Positions 9,238-15,926 of a DNA stretch of 30,293 nt are shown one piece after another. A program made the position numbers and the translations under genes. This DNA comes from Sphingomonadales bacterium (GTDB taxonomy: Bacteria > Pseudomonadota > Alphaproteobacteria > Sphingomonadales > Sphingomonadaceae): positions 1-30,293 of the forward strand of contig JBBQJX010000001.1 in NCBI GenBank assembly GCA_038326295.1, in the 5' to 3' direction. Position 1 is the first letter of the stretch. Each line of letters begins with the position of its first letter. Under the pieces are notes generated by a model. The model made no database searches and was not told the origin of the DNA. It worked only from the letters and a program-made list of their open reading frames with translations.

Positions 9238-9516
9238 GTGAACCTCGCCGCGCACCTGCTGCGCGATGCGTATCGGGGTGCCTGCGCCTGCGCGGTCATC
9301 GTCTCAAACGATTCCGATCTGCTGACGCCAATCCGAATGGCCAAGGTGGACTGCGGAATAACAATCGGCCTCGTGCCGCCTCGAGCCAAGGGCAGCGTCG
9401 AGCTGAAATGGCTTGCCGATTTCAAGATCGATCCCCGTATCCATCTGCTTGCCAGTTCGCAGTTCCCGGATGCCGTGCCCACTCCGGGGGGCGTGATCCA
9501 CAAGCCCGCGCGTTGG
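9238..9516 (+). pseudogene. NYN (LabA/DUF88, PIN-like) domain protein, C-terminal half
   Basis: VNLAAHLLRDAY....AVIVSNDSDL...SSQFPD....HKPARW. The N-terminal half and the expected stop after W are missing. Confidence 0.7.
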
Positions 9517-9637
9517 GGAATGCCCGAGCATCGTCCGCCCGTCTGCGTTATCAGTTTGAAAGCTCGTCGCCAATGGAAAGCTGGTATCAGAACGTGCCGT
9601 TTCAGCTCATCCAACGTCGCCAGAGCGCACCCGAAGC

Positions 9638-9656
9638 GTGGGACGGATTGTGGGAC
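9638..9656 (+). repeat. Tandem GTGGGAC direct repeat (12-nt period) near the tRNA 3' end
   Basis: GTGGGAC at 9638-9644 and 9650-9656. Confidence 0.5.
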
Positions 9657-9713
9657 CGAAATGTCATGAGAAGGAGCAAAACCCCCAAATCGCGTTGGAT
9701 TTCCGCTCTCCCG

Positions 9714-9789
9714 TGGTGGAGCCGAGGGGGATCGAACCCCTGACCTTCGCAATGCCATTGCGACGCTCTCCCAGCTGAGCTACGGCCCC
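9714..9789 (-). tRNA. tRNA-Ala(GGC)
   Basis: GGGGCCG TA GCTC AGCTGGGA GAGC G TCGCA AT GGC AT TGCGA AGGTC AGGGG TTCGATC CCCCT CGGCTCC A CCA. 76 nt, G3:U70 pair, encoded CCA. Confidence 0.97.
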
Positions 9790-9799
9790 GGGAAACGGC

Positions 9800-9828
9800 G
9801 CGTTACGCGATGGCGGGCGTGGGCGCAA
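9800..9828 (-). promoter_or_regulatory. Sigma70-type promoter of tRNA-Ala
   Basis: TTGCGC-N17-TAACGC, 10 nt upstream of the tRNA. Confidence 0.55.
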
Positions 9829-9913
9829 GGGTGCGGGGGCGCGACCCGGAGTCCGCTTGTCGCGCGCGTCGGTCTGCGTCAAACCAGCAGGCGAAGCAAT
9901 CGGAGATGCGGGG

Positions 9914-10342
9914 ATGCTGAGGGAATTTCGCGCGTTCATCATGCGCGGCAACGTACTCGATCTGGCGGTGGCGGTAATCATCGGCGCGGCGTTCGCATCG
10001 ATCGTCAAATCGCTGACCGACGATGTGCTGATGCCGATCATCGGCGCGCTGACGGGCGGGCTGGATTTCAGCGAATATTACGCGGTGCTGGGACCCATCC
10101 CTGCGAAGCTGCAGGGCGTGCACGATTATGCCGAGCTTAAGAAGGCGGGCGTGCCGTTGCTCGGCTACGGAGCGTTCATCACGAGCTGCGTGAGCTTCGC
10201 GATCCTCGCGGCGATCATTTTCATGATCATCCGGTTCGCCGACCGCGCGTTCCGCACCACGATGGCGACACCTGCCGTGCCCGACGATGTGGTGGCGCTG
10301 CGGGAGATCCTCGCCGAGCTGAAGAAGCGGCCGCTGGTTTAG
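9914..10342 (+). CDS. mscL: Large-conductance mechanosensitive channel
   Basis: MLREFRAFIMRGNVLDLAVAVIIGAAF...DVLMPIIG...YGAFI...LREILAELK. Confidence 0.95.
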   Translation: MLREFRAFIMRGNVLDLAVAVIIGAAFASIVKSLTDDVLMPIIGALTGGLDFSEYYAVLGPIPAKLQGVHDYAELKKAGVPLLGYGAFITSCVSFAILAAIIFMIIRFADRAFRTTMATPAVPDDVVALREILAELKKRPLV

Positions 10343-10442
10343 CGCCTCGCACGGCGGGGGAATGGGACAGCGATCCCATTTCGCCCGGTACCGCCGTTAT
10401 CCGCCGGCATCGGGCCGTGAAATCGGTAAGCCGTGCCTGATT

Positions 10443-10790
10443 CTACTTCTTCGTGAACATACCCATCACGTCGTCGATCACCGAACCGTCATGGTTCTTG
10501 TCGAGCATACTCGTTGCCATGCCCATGAGGCCGCCCATTGCGCCGCCTGCGCCCGCGCCGCCCGCCAGCTGGGTCAACAGACCGCCGATCATACCCGCGT
10601 CGATGCCGGTGTGCTCGGCCGCCTGGGCCACCGCCGTGCCCGGATCGGTCTCGCCCGCAGTCGCCTGCCCGCCCATGTGGTTGACGATTGCGGTCACCTG
10701 ATCGGGCGTGAGGCCGACTTTTGCGCCGATCTGCGCCATTTGCGGCCCGGCAACGCCTTCGAGGCCTTCCAGGATCATGCTCAGGTCCAT
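10443..10790 (-). CDS. Gly/Ala-rich DUF937-like protein
   Basis: AGGAGG ribosome-binding site; C-terminal LDKNHDGSVIDDV (EF-hand-like) tail typical of this group. Confidence 0.65.
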   Translation of the reverse strand: MDLSMILEGLEGVAGPQMAQIGAKVGLTPDQVTAIVNHMGGQATAGETDPGTAVAQAAEHTGIDAGMIGGLLTQLAGGAGAGGAMGGLMGMATSMLDKNHDGSVIDDVMGMFTKK

Positions 10791-10890
10791 GGTGATATCC
10801 TCCTGTTCAATGCGCGTCCGCCATGCCCGTTTCGTCGGTGCGTCACAAGCAGGTTGGCGGGCGGGGGCGCGGCCATGCTAGGCGCCGGCA

Positions 10891-12702
10891 ATGGTCGCCG
10901 TCGCCTTGTCCCTCCCCGAGGCGCCGACCCCCGAGGCGGTACTACGCGACGTGTTCGGCCACCCCGGCTTTCGCGGGCGGCAGGCCGAGGTGGTGCACGC
11001 GGTGGTCGCCGGGCGCGACGCGCTGGCGGTAATGCCGACGGGGGCGGGCAAATCGATCTGCTATCAGGTGCCATCGCTGGTGCGGCAGGGGACCGGGCTG
11101 GTGGTCTCGCCATTGAAGGCGCTGATGCGCGATCAGGTGCGCGCGCTGCGGGCGAACGGGGTGCGCGCGGCGTCGCTCTCGGGGGACGAGCCCGATCCGG
11201 CGGGCGTGCTGCGCTCAGCGCGGGCGGGGGAACTCGACATCCTCTACATCACCCCCGAGCGCGCGGCGTCGCCGGGATTCGCGGAACGGCTCGACGACGT
11301 GCCGCTCGCGCTGATTGCGATCGACGAAGCGCACTGCATCAGCCAGTGGGGGCATGATTTCCGCCCCGAATATCGCAAGTTGCGCGCCTTTGCCGATCAG
11401 TTTCCCGGCGTGCCGCGGCTCGGGCTGACCGCGACTGCCGATACCGAGACGCGCGCCGATATTCTGGCGCAGCTCGGCATCGCGCCGGACGGGCTGGTGG
11501 TGGCCGGGTTCGATCGGCCCAACATCCGATACGAGGTGCGCGCCAAGGACGTGCCGCACGCGCAGATCCTCGAGGTGATCCGCGCGCAGCCGGGAAGCGG
11601 CATCCTGTACGCGCCCACGCGCGACGCGGTGGAGCGCACGGCGGAGTGGCTGCGAACGCAAGGCGTGGACACACGCGCGTACCATGCGGGAATGGACGAG
11701 GCGACGCGCACCGCGAACCAGGACGCGTTCGCTACCGCCGAACGCATGGCGATGGTGGCGACGATCGCGTTCGGCATGGGGATCGACAAGCCCGATGTGC
11801 GCTGGGTGATCCACCTTGGCCTGCCAAAAAGCATCGAGGCCTATTACCAGGAGACCGGGCGTGCGGGGCGCGACGGCGATCCAGCAGTGGCGCACATGCT
11901 GTGGGGCGCGGACGATGTGGTCCGCATGCGTGGCTGGATCGATCGGGGCGATGCGCCCGACGAGCGCAAGCGCGAGGAACATGCGCGGCTGGCCGGGCTG
12001 GTAGCGTTTGCCGAGTGCGTCGGCTGCAGGCGCGTGCCGCTGCTGACGCATTTCGGCGAGGCAGCGCCGCCGCCTTGCGGCAACTGCGACAATTGCCTGA
12101 ACCCGCCCGCGCTGGTGGATGCGAGCGATGAGGCGAGGAAGCTGCTCAGCGCGGCGTACCGGACGGGGCAGCGCTTTGGCGTTGGGCATCTGGTTGCGGT
12201 ACTGCTGGGCCAGCCCAACGAGCGCACCGAGCGCCTCGCGCACGACCAGCTGACGGTGTGGGGCGTGGGCGTGGGGGTGAGCGCGGCCCGCTGGAAGGCG
12301 GTTGGCGCGGCGCTGATCGCAGCGGACGCGCTGCGGGCGGACGAACATGGGGGCCTGAGCTTCGGCCCGGCCGCGCGCGCGATCCTGAAGGGCGAAGTGC
12401 CGTTTTCGATGCGCGCGGCGGAGGCGGCGATCCCCAAACGGCGACGCGGCGCGGGAGCTTCGGGCGCGGCAAGCGAGGCGATACCGGACGATCCCGTGTT
12501 CGAGCGGCTGCGCGCCGCCCGACGCGACCTGGCGGCGGCAGCCAAAGTGCCGCCCTATGTGATCTTCCACGATAGCACGCTGCGGGCCGTCGCGGCGGCC
12601 CGGCCGCGTACGCTGGCCGCACTCGGGCAGTTGGCGGGTGTGGGCGTGCGCAAGCTGGACGCCTATGGCCCCGCGATACTGGCGGCGCTTGCCGAAGCCT
12701 AG
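10891..12702 (+). CDS. recQ: ATP-dependent DNA helicase RecQ
   Basis: MPTGAGKS, DEAHCISQWGHDFRPEY, AFGMGIDK, QETGRAGRDG, the CRR...CGNCDNC zinc module, and a C-terminal HRDC domain. Confidence 0.95.
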   Translation: MVAVALSLPEAPTPEAVLRDVFGHPGFRGRQAEVVHAVVAGRDALAVMPTGAGKSICYQVPSLVRQGTGLVVSPLKALMRDQVRALRANGVRAASLSGDEPDPAGVLRSARAGELDILYITPERAASPGFAERLDDVPLALIAIDEAHCISQWGHDFRPEYRKLRAFADQFPGVPRLGLTATADTETRADILAQLGIAPDGLVVAGFDRPNIRYEVRAKDVPHAQILEVIRAQPGSGILYAPTRDAVERTAEWLRTQGVDTRAYHAGMDEATRTANQDAFATAERMAMVATIAFGMGIDKPDVRWVIHLGLPKSIEAYYQETGRAGRDGDPAVAHMLWGADDVVRMRGWIDRGDAPDERKREEHARLAGLVAFAECVGCRRVPLLTHFGEAAPPPCGNCDNCLNPPALVDASDEARKLLSAAYRTGQRFGVGHLVAVLLGQPNERTERLAHDQLTVWGVGVGVSAARWKAVGAALIAADALRADEHGGLSFGPAARAILKGEVPFSMRAAEAAIPKRRRGAGASGAASEAIPDDPVFERLRAARRDLAAAAKVPPYVIFHDSTLRAVAAARPRTLAALGQLAGVGVRKLDAYGPAILAALAEA

Positions 12703-12908
12703 ATCTTCGTCAACGCGTCCGCCTTGTGCGCCGCCTGCGCCCCCGTCTTGTCGCTCTTGACGAGAAATTCGGGGTTCTCCGCCGACGCCGCGACATGATG
12801 GCCCTTGATGTCCATCGGGCTGGTCAGCTTCTTCTCGACCACGCCCTTGATCTTCCCCTGGCTGCTGCCCCACGCGACATGATCGCCCTTTTTGGGTTCG
12901 GTGTTCAT
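12699..12908 (-). CDS. DUF2945 (Tudor-like) small protein
   Basis: KGDHVAWGSSQG...IKGHHVAASAENPEFLVKSDKTG..AAHK. AAGGAG ribosome-binding site. Confidence 0.85.
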   Translation of the reverse strand: MNTEPKKGDHVAWGSSQGKIKGVVEKKLTSPMDIKGHHVAASAENPEFLVKSDKTGAQAAHKADALTKI

Positions 12909-12931
12909 CGTGCGTCTCCTTCGCGAAGGCT

Positions 12932-12957
12932 AACCCGGCGGCGCACTGCACCGTTCC
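12932..12957 (-). promoter_or_regulatory. EcfG/sigmaT general-stress-type promoter (GGAAC-N17-GGTT)
   Basis: Minus strand GGAAC-ggtgcagtgcgccgccg-GGTT, 23 nt upstream of the DUF2945 ATG. Confidence 0.6.
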
Positions 12958-13014
12958 CGCGTGCGCGGCGCTGCGACCACTTGCCAAGCGCGTTTATGGA
13001 GGGTTGCATAGGCC

Positions 13015-13260
13015 ATGCCCGATCGCGCCAAGATTCTAGCCCGCATCCTCGAGTTCATCGCGCCCCTGAACAAGGCGGGCGTGGCGGTGGGCGAAACCAC
13101 GCGCTTCGCCGACGACCTGATGTTCGATAGTCTGACCGTCATGGATCTGGTCGCCGGCATCGAGGATGAGTGGAACATCGTGCTGCCGCTGAACGCGCTG
13201 CCCGAACTCGAGACGGTGGGGCAGCTGACCGATGCGGTAACGAGGCTGACCAACAAATGA
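13015..13260 (+). CDS. Specialised acyl carrier protein coupled to SPT
   Basis: FDSL phosphopantetheine-attachment motif; ATGA overlap with spt. Confidence 0.9.
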   Translation: MPDRAKILARILEFIAPLNKAGVAVGETTRFADDLMFDSLTVMDLVAGIEDEWNIVLPLNALPELETVGQLTDAVTRLTNK

Positions 13261-14489
13261 CCGATTTGATGAGCAAGTTCGATGCGCTGATCGCCGAGCG
13301 CGCGTCGCTGGGCCATGCCGGCATCCGCGATCCCTTCTCGATCATCATGAGCGAGGTGCGGTCGCCGACGCAGGCCGTGATCGACGGGCGCGAGACGATC
13401 CTGGTCGGCACCTATAATTACATGGGCATGACGTTCGATGCGGACGTGATGCGCGCGGGCCAGGAGGCGATCGCCAAGTTCGGCGCGGGCACGACGGGCA
13501 GCCGCGTGCTGAACGGCACCTATCAGGGTCACGCCGAATGCGAGGCGGCGTTGCGCGATTTCTATGACATGGCGGGCGCGATCGTGTTCAGCACGGGGTA
13601 CCAGGCCAATCTGGGCGTCATCTCGGCGCTCGCGGTGCGCGGCGAATATGTGATCCTCGATGCGGACAGTCACGCATCGATCTACGATGGCTGCTCGATG
13701 GGCACGGCGGACACGATCCGTTTCAAACACAATAGCCCCGAAGACATGGCGAAGCGGCTGGGCCGCCTGCCTGCGGATGCGGGCAAGCTGGTGGTGCTGG
13801 AGGGCGTCTATTCGATGCTGGGCGATATCGGTCGGCTGAGGGAGATGGTCCCGGCTGCCAAGGAAGCTGGCGCGATGGTGCTGGTGGACGAGGCGCACGC
13901 GATGGGCTTTTACGGGCCCAACGGGCGCGGCGTTTACGAGGAGCAGGGGGTCGCCGACAGCATCGATTTCGTCGTCGGCACCTTCTCCAAAAGCGTCGGC
14001 ACTGTGGGCGGCTTCTGCGTTTCCGATCATCCCAAGCTCGACGTTCTGCGGCTGGTCTCGCGGCCCTACGTGTTCACCGCCTCGCTGCCGCCTACTGTGG
14101 TCGCGATGGCGGAAGCCTCGATCCGCAAGCTCATGCACGCGGCCCCCAAGCGCGCCCGGCTGTGGGAGAACACCCGCGCGCTGCACGGGGGGCTGAAGGC
14201 GCTGGGCTTCGATATCGCCACCGACAAGCCCGAAAGCGCGATCATCGCGGTGCTGATGCCCGATCAGGTGACGACCGCGCGCATGTGGGCAACGCTGCTC
14301 GAGATGGGCGTCTATGTGAATATGGCGCGGCCCCCCGCCACGCCTGCGGGCATGTTCCTGCTGCGCTGCTCGCTCTGCGCCGAGCACACGCCCGGCCAGA
14401 TCGCCACCGTGCTTGGCGCGTTCGAGGTGGCCGCCGCGAAGGTGGGGCTGCCCCTGACCGAAAGTATACGCACGCTCCAGGCCGCCTGA
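13257..14489 (+). CDS. spt: Serine palmitoyltransferase (PLP-dependent alpha-oxoamine synthase)
   Basis: GTYNYMG, GSRVLNGT, HASIYDG, DEAH and GTFSKS (PLP lysine) motifs; adjacent ACP. Confidence 0.9.
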   Translation: MTDLMSKFDALIAERASLGHAGIRDPFSIIMSEVRSPTQAVIDGRETILVGTYNYMGMTFDADVMRAGQEAIAKFGAGTTGSRVLNGTYQGHAECEAALRDFYDMAGAIVFSTGYQANLGVISALAVRGEYVILDADSHASIYDGCSMGTADTIRFKHNSPEDMAKRLGRLPADAGKLVVLEGVYSMLGDIGRLREMVPAAKEAGAMVLVDEAHAMGFYGPNGRGVYEEQGVADSIDFVVGTFSKSVGTVGGFCVSDHPKLDVLRLVSRPYVFTASLPPTVVAMAEASIRKLMHAAPKRARLWENTRALHGGLKALGFDIATDKPESAIIAVLMPDQVTTARMWATLLEMGVYVNMARPPATPAGMFLLRCSLCAEHTPGQIATVLGAFEVAAAKVGLPLTESIRTLQAA

Positions 14490-14509
14490 CCGCCGCACCA
14501 CCGGCGGTC
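14488..14509 (+). terminator. GC-rich hairpin between spt and the tRNA (weak U-tract)
   Basis: GACCGCCG-caccac-CGGCGGTC followed by only TT. Confidence 0.4.
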
Positions 14510-14514
14510 TTCGG

Positions 14515-14607
14515 CCGCCGGTAGCTCAACTGGCAGAGCGGTGGACTTATACTCCATGACCCCCGGATCAGGGGACGATGCGGGTTCGAACCCTGCCCGG
14601 CGGACCA
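14515..14607 (+). tRNA. Atypical tRNA with UAU anticodon (nominally Ile, AUA) and long variable arm
   Basis: CCGCCGG TA GCTC AACTGGCA GAGC G GTGGA CT TAT AC TCCAT [GACCCCCGGATCAGGGGACGAT] GCGGG TTCGAAC CCTGC CCGGCGG A CCA. All four stems pair; G18G19, TTCGA and an encoded CCA are present. Confidence 0.9.
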
Positions 14608-14611
14608 TCTT

Positions 14612-15793
14612 TCAGGCCATTACCGCGCTCGGCGCTCGCGTGGATCGTGAGCGCGACCTCGCCGTCAGGCCGAACAGCGGCCGGAACATCCCGGCGCGCT
14701 CCCCCACCCAGGCGAAAGCGAGGCAGCCGAGCACCGTCACCGACAACAGCACCGCGAACTCGCCCGCCGCGCCCAGCGCGAACGGCTTCACCCAATGTTC
14801 GACAACGATGATGATCGTCTGATGCGCGATGTAGAAGGGGAAGACCGCGCGCGTCAGCCAGCGGCGCGCGGCGCTGTCGCGCTGGAGGTGCGCGGTGGCG
14901 AGGCCGATCAGCCCCAGGATCGTCGCCCACACATCCACCGCGCGCGCGGCCTGTGCGCACAGCGTGATCCACTCGGGCGCGTCGGGGTCGCCGTCGGGGA
15001 AGGACAGGTTGTACGCCATGCGCGCGCCATAGGCGGCGAGCGCGGCAAGCAGGAGCGGCCGCCATGCCGCCGCCGCGCGTGCGAGCAGCGCGGGCGATCG
15101 CGCGAGCCCCATGCCGAACAGGAACAGCGGCAAATAGGCGGCGTGCGCGTACGGATCGTCCAGCAGCCCATGCGTCTCGCCGAAGCGCGGATAGAGCCAG
15201 ACGCGCGTGGCGAATTCCCACGCAAGCGGGAGCGCGTACAGCCGCCAGCCGCCGAACAGTCGGTCGAACACCGCCTGTCCGCGCCGGCCAAGCGCCCACG
15301 CCAGGGCTGCGGCGACCAGCGTATAGACCCAGAGATAGACGACGAACCACAGGTGGTTCCACGTCGGCAGGATGAAGCCCGACTTGTACGCGGCGAAGCT
15401 GGAGCCGAAGACGAAATAGTCGCGCGTCCAGAAGTGCGCGAAGCTTGCGGTGTAGCCCGCTTTCTCGGTCAGCTCGACCCAGGGCTGCGGCGCGACCCAG
15501 AGCGCCATACCGGCGGCGAGCGGGATCAACAGCCTTGCCGAGCGCGAGGCCACAAACGCGCCCGGCGATCGCAGCTTGCCGAGCAGGTGGCGCGAGGCGA
15601 CGCCCGATATCAGGAACAGGAGGCCCAGCCGCCACGGGTTGAGCAGCAGCATCGGCCACTGCACCCAGTCCATCGGATGCGCGGTCTTGATGTGAAAGTC
15701 CCATGGCACGAAGACCATGCCGATATGATAGAATATGAGGAGCCCGAACGCCCCGATGCGAAGCCAATCGAGCCCGTAATGTCGCTGATCCAT
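14612..15793 (-). CDS. Acyltransferase-3 family membrane protein (OpgC/MdoC-like)
   Basis: RHYGLDWLRI....YH, WRLGLLFLISG, WNHLWFVVYL and FPFYIAHQTII motifs. Confidence 0.85.
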   Translation of the reverse strand: MDQRHYGLDWLRIGAFGLLIFYHIGMVFVPWDFHIKTAHPMDWVQWPMLLLNPWRLGLLFLISGVASRHLLGKLRSPGAFVASRSARLLIPLAAGMALWVAPQPWVELTEKAGYTASFAHFWTRDYFVFGSSFAAYKSGFILPTWNHLWFVVYLWVYTLVAAALAWALGRRGQAVFDRLFGGWRLYALPLAWEFATRVWLYPRFGETHGLLDDPYAHAAYLPLFLFGMGLARSPALLARAAAAWRPLLLAALAAYGARMAYNLSFPDGDPDAPEWITLCAQAARAVDVWATILGLIGLATAHLQRDSAARRWLTRAVFPFYIAHQTIIIVVEHWVKPFALGAAGEFAVLLSVTVLGCLAFAWVGERAGMFRPLFGLTARSRSRSTRAPSAVMA

Positions 15794-15887
15794 GCCGCTC
15801 TCCCGCGTTGAAGCTTCGCCCGGCGTAGCCACGGACGGCGGTGCGCGCGCCGCGCAAGGGCCGCGCGGCGACGCCGATGGGACGTGC

Positions 15888-15922
15888 GGGACGAGCGGCG
15901 GCGGGGCAGGGACGAGCGGCGG
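15888..15922 (+). repeat. 14-nt direct repeat with 21-nt period (candidate LytTR operator)
   Basis: GGGACGAGCGGCGG at 15888-15901 and 15909-15922, plus a partial GGGACG at 15879. Confidence 0.6.
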
Positions 15923-15926
15923 GAGT

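Larger units (their letters stand above)
1900..9713. mobile_element. Decayed integrative/conjugative element remnant at the 3' end of tRNA-Ala(GGC); boundaries approximate
   Basis: Integrase fragments at one end; TraA and NYN fragments abutting the tRNA 3' end at the other; several pseudogenes. No duplicated att core found by eye. Confidence 0.6.

Noticed and set aside
9408-9743. Plus-strand ORF ending antisense in tRNA-Ala (...WWSRGGSNP)
   Set aside because: No ribosome-binding site or recognisable family, and it overlaps the NYN remnant. A gene fragment cannot be excluded but is unsupported.
7346-10342. MscS and MscL as one osmotic operon
   Set aside because: They are on opposite strands and separated by the tRNA and island junction. 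mscL appears to be core, so the proximity is likely coincidental.
10353-10385. Hairpin AATGGGA/TCCCATT after mscL
   Set aside because: An ordinary single-copy terminator-like stem; no repeat family is evident.
14515-14607. Interpretation as an 8/4 or 9/3 allo-tRNA, tRNA-Sec, or intron-containing tRNA
   Set aside because: It folds as canonical 7/5. C65 cannot pair with U8, the extra sequence is in the variable arm rather than the anticodon loop, and the anticodon is not UCA.
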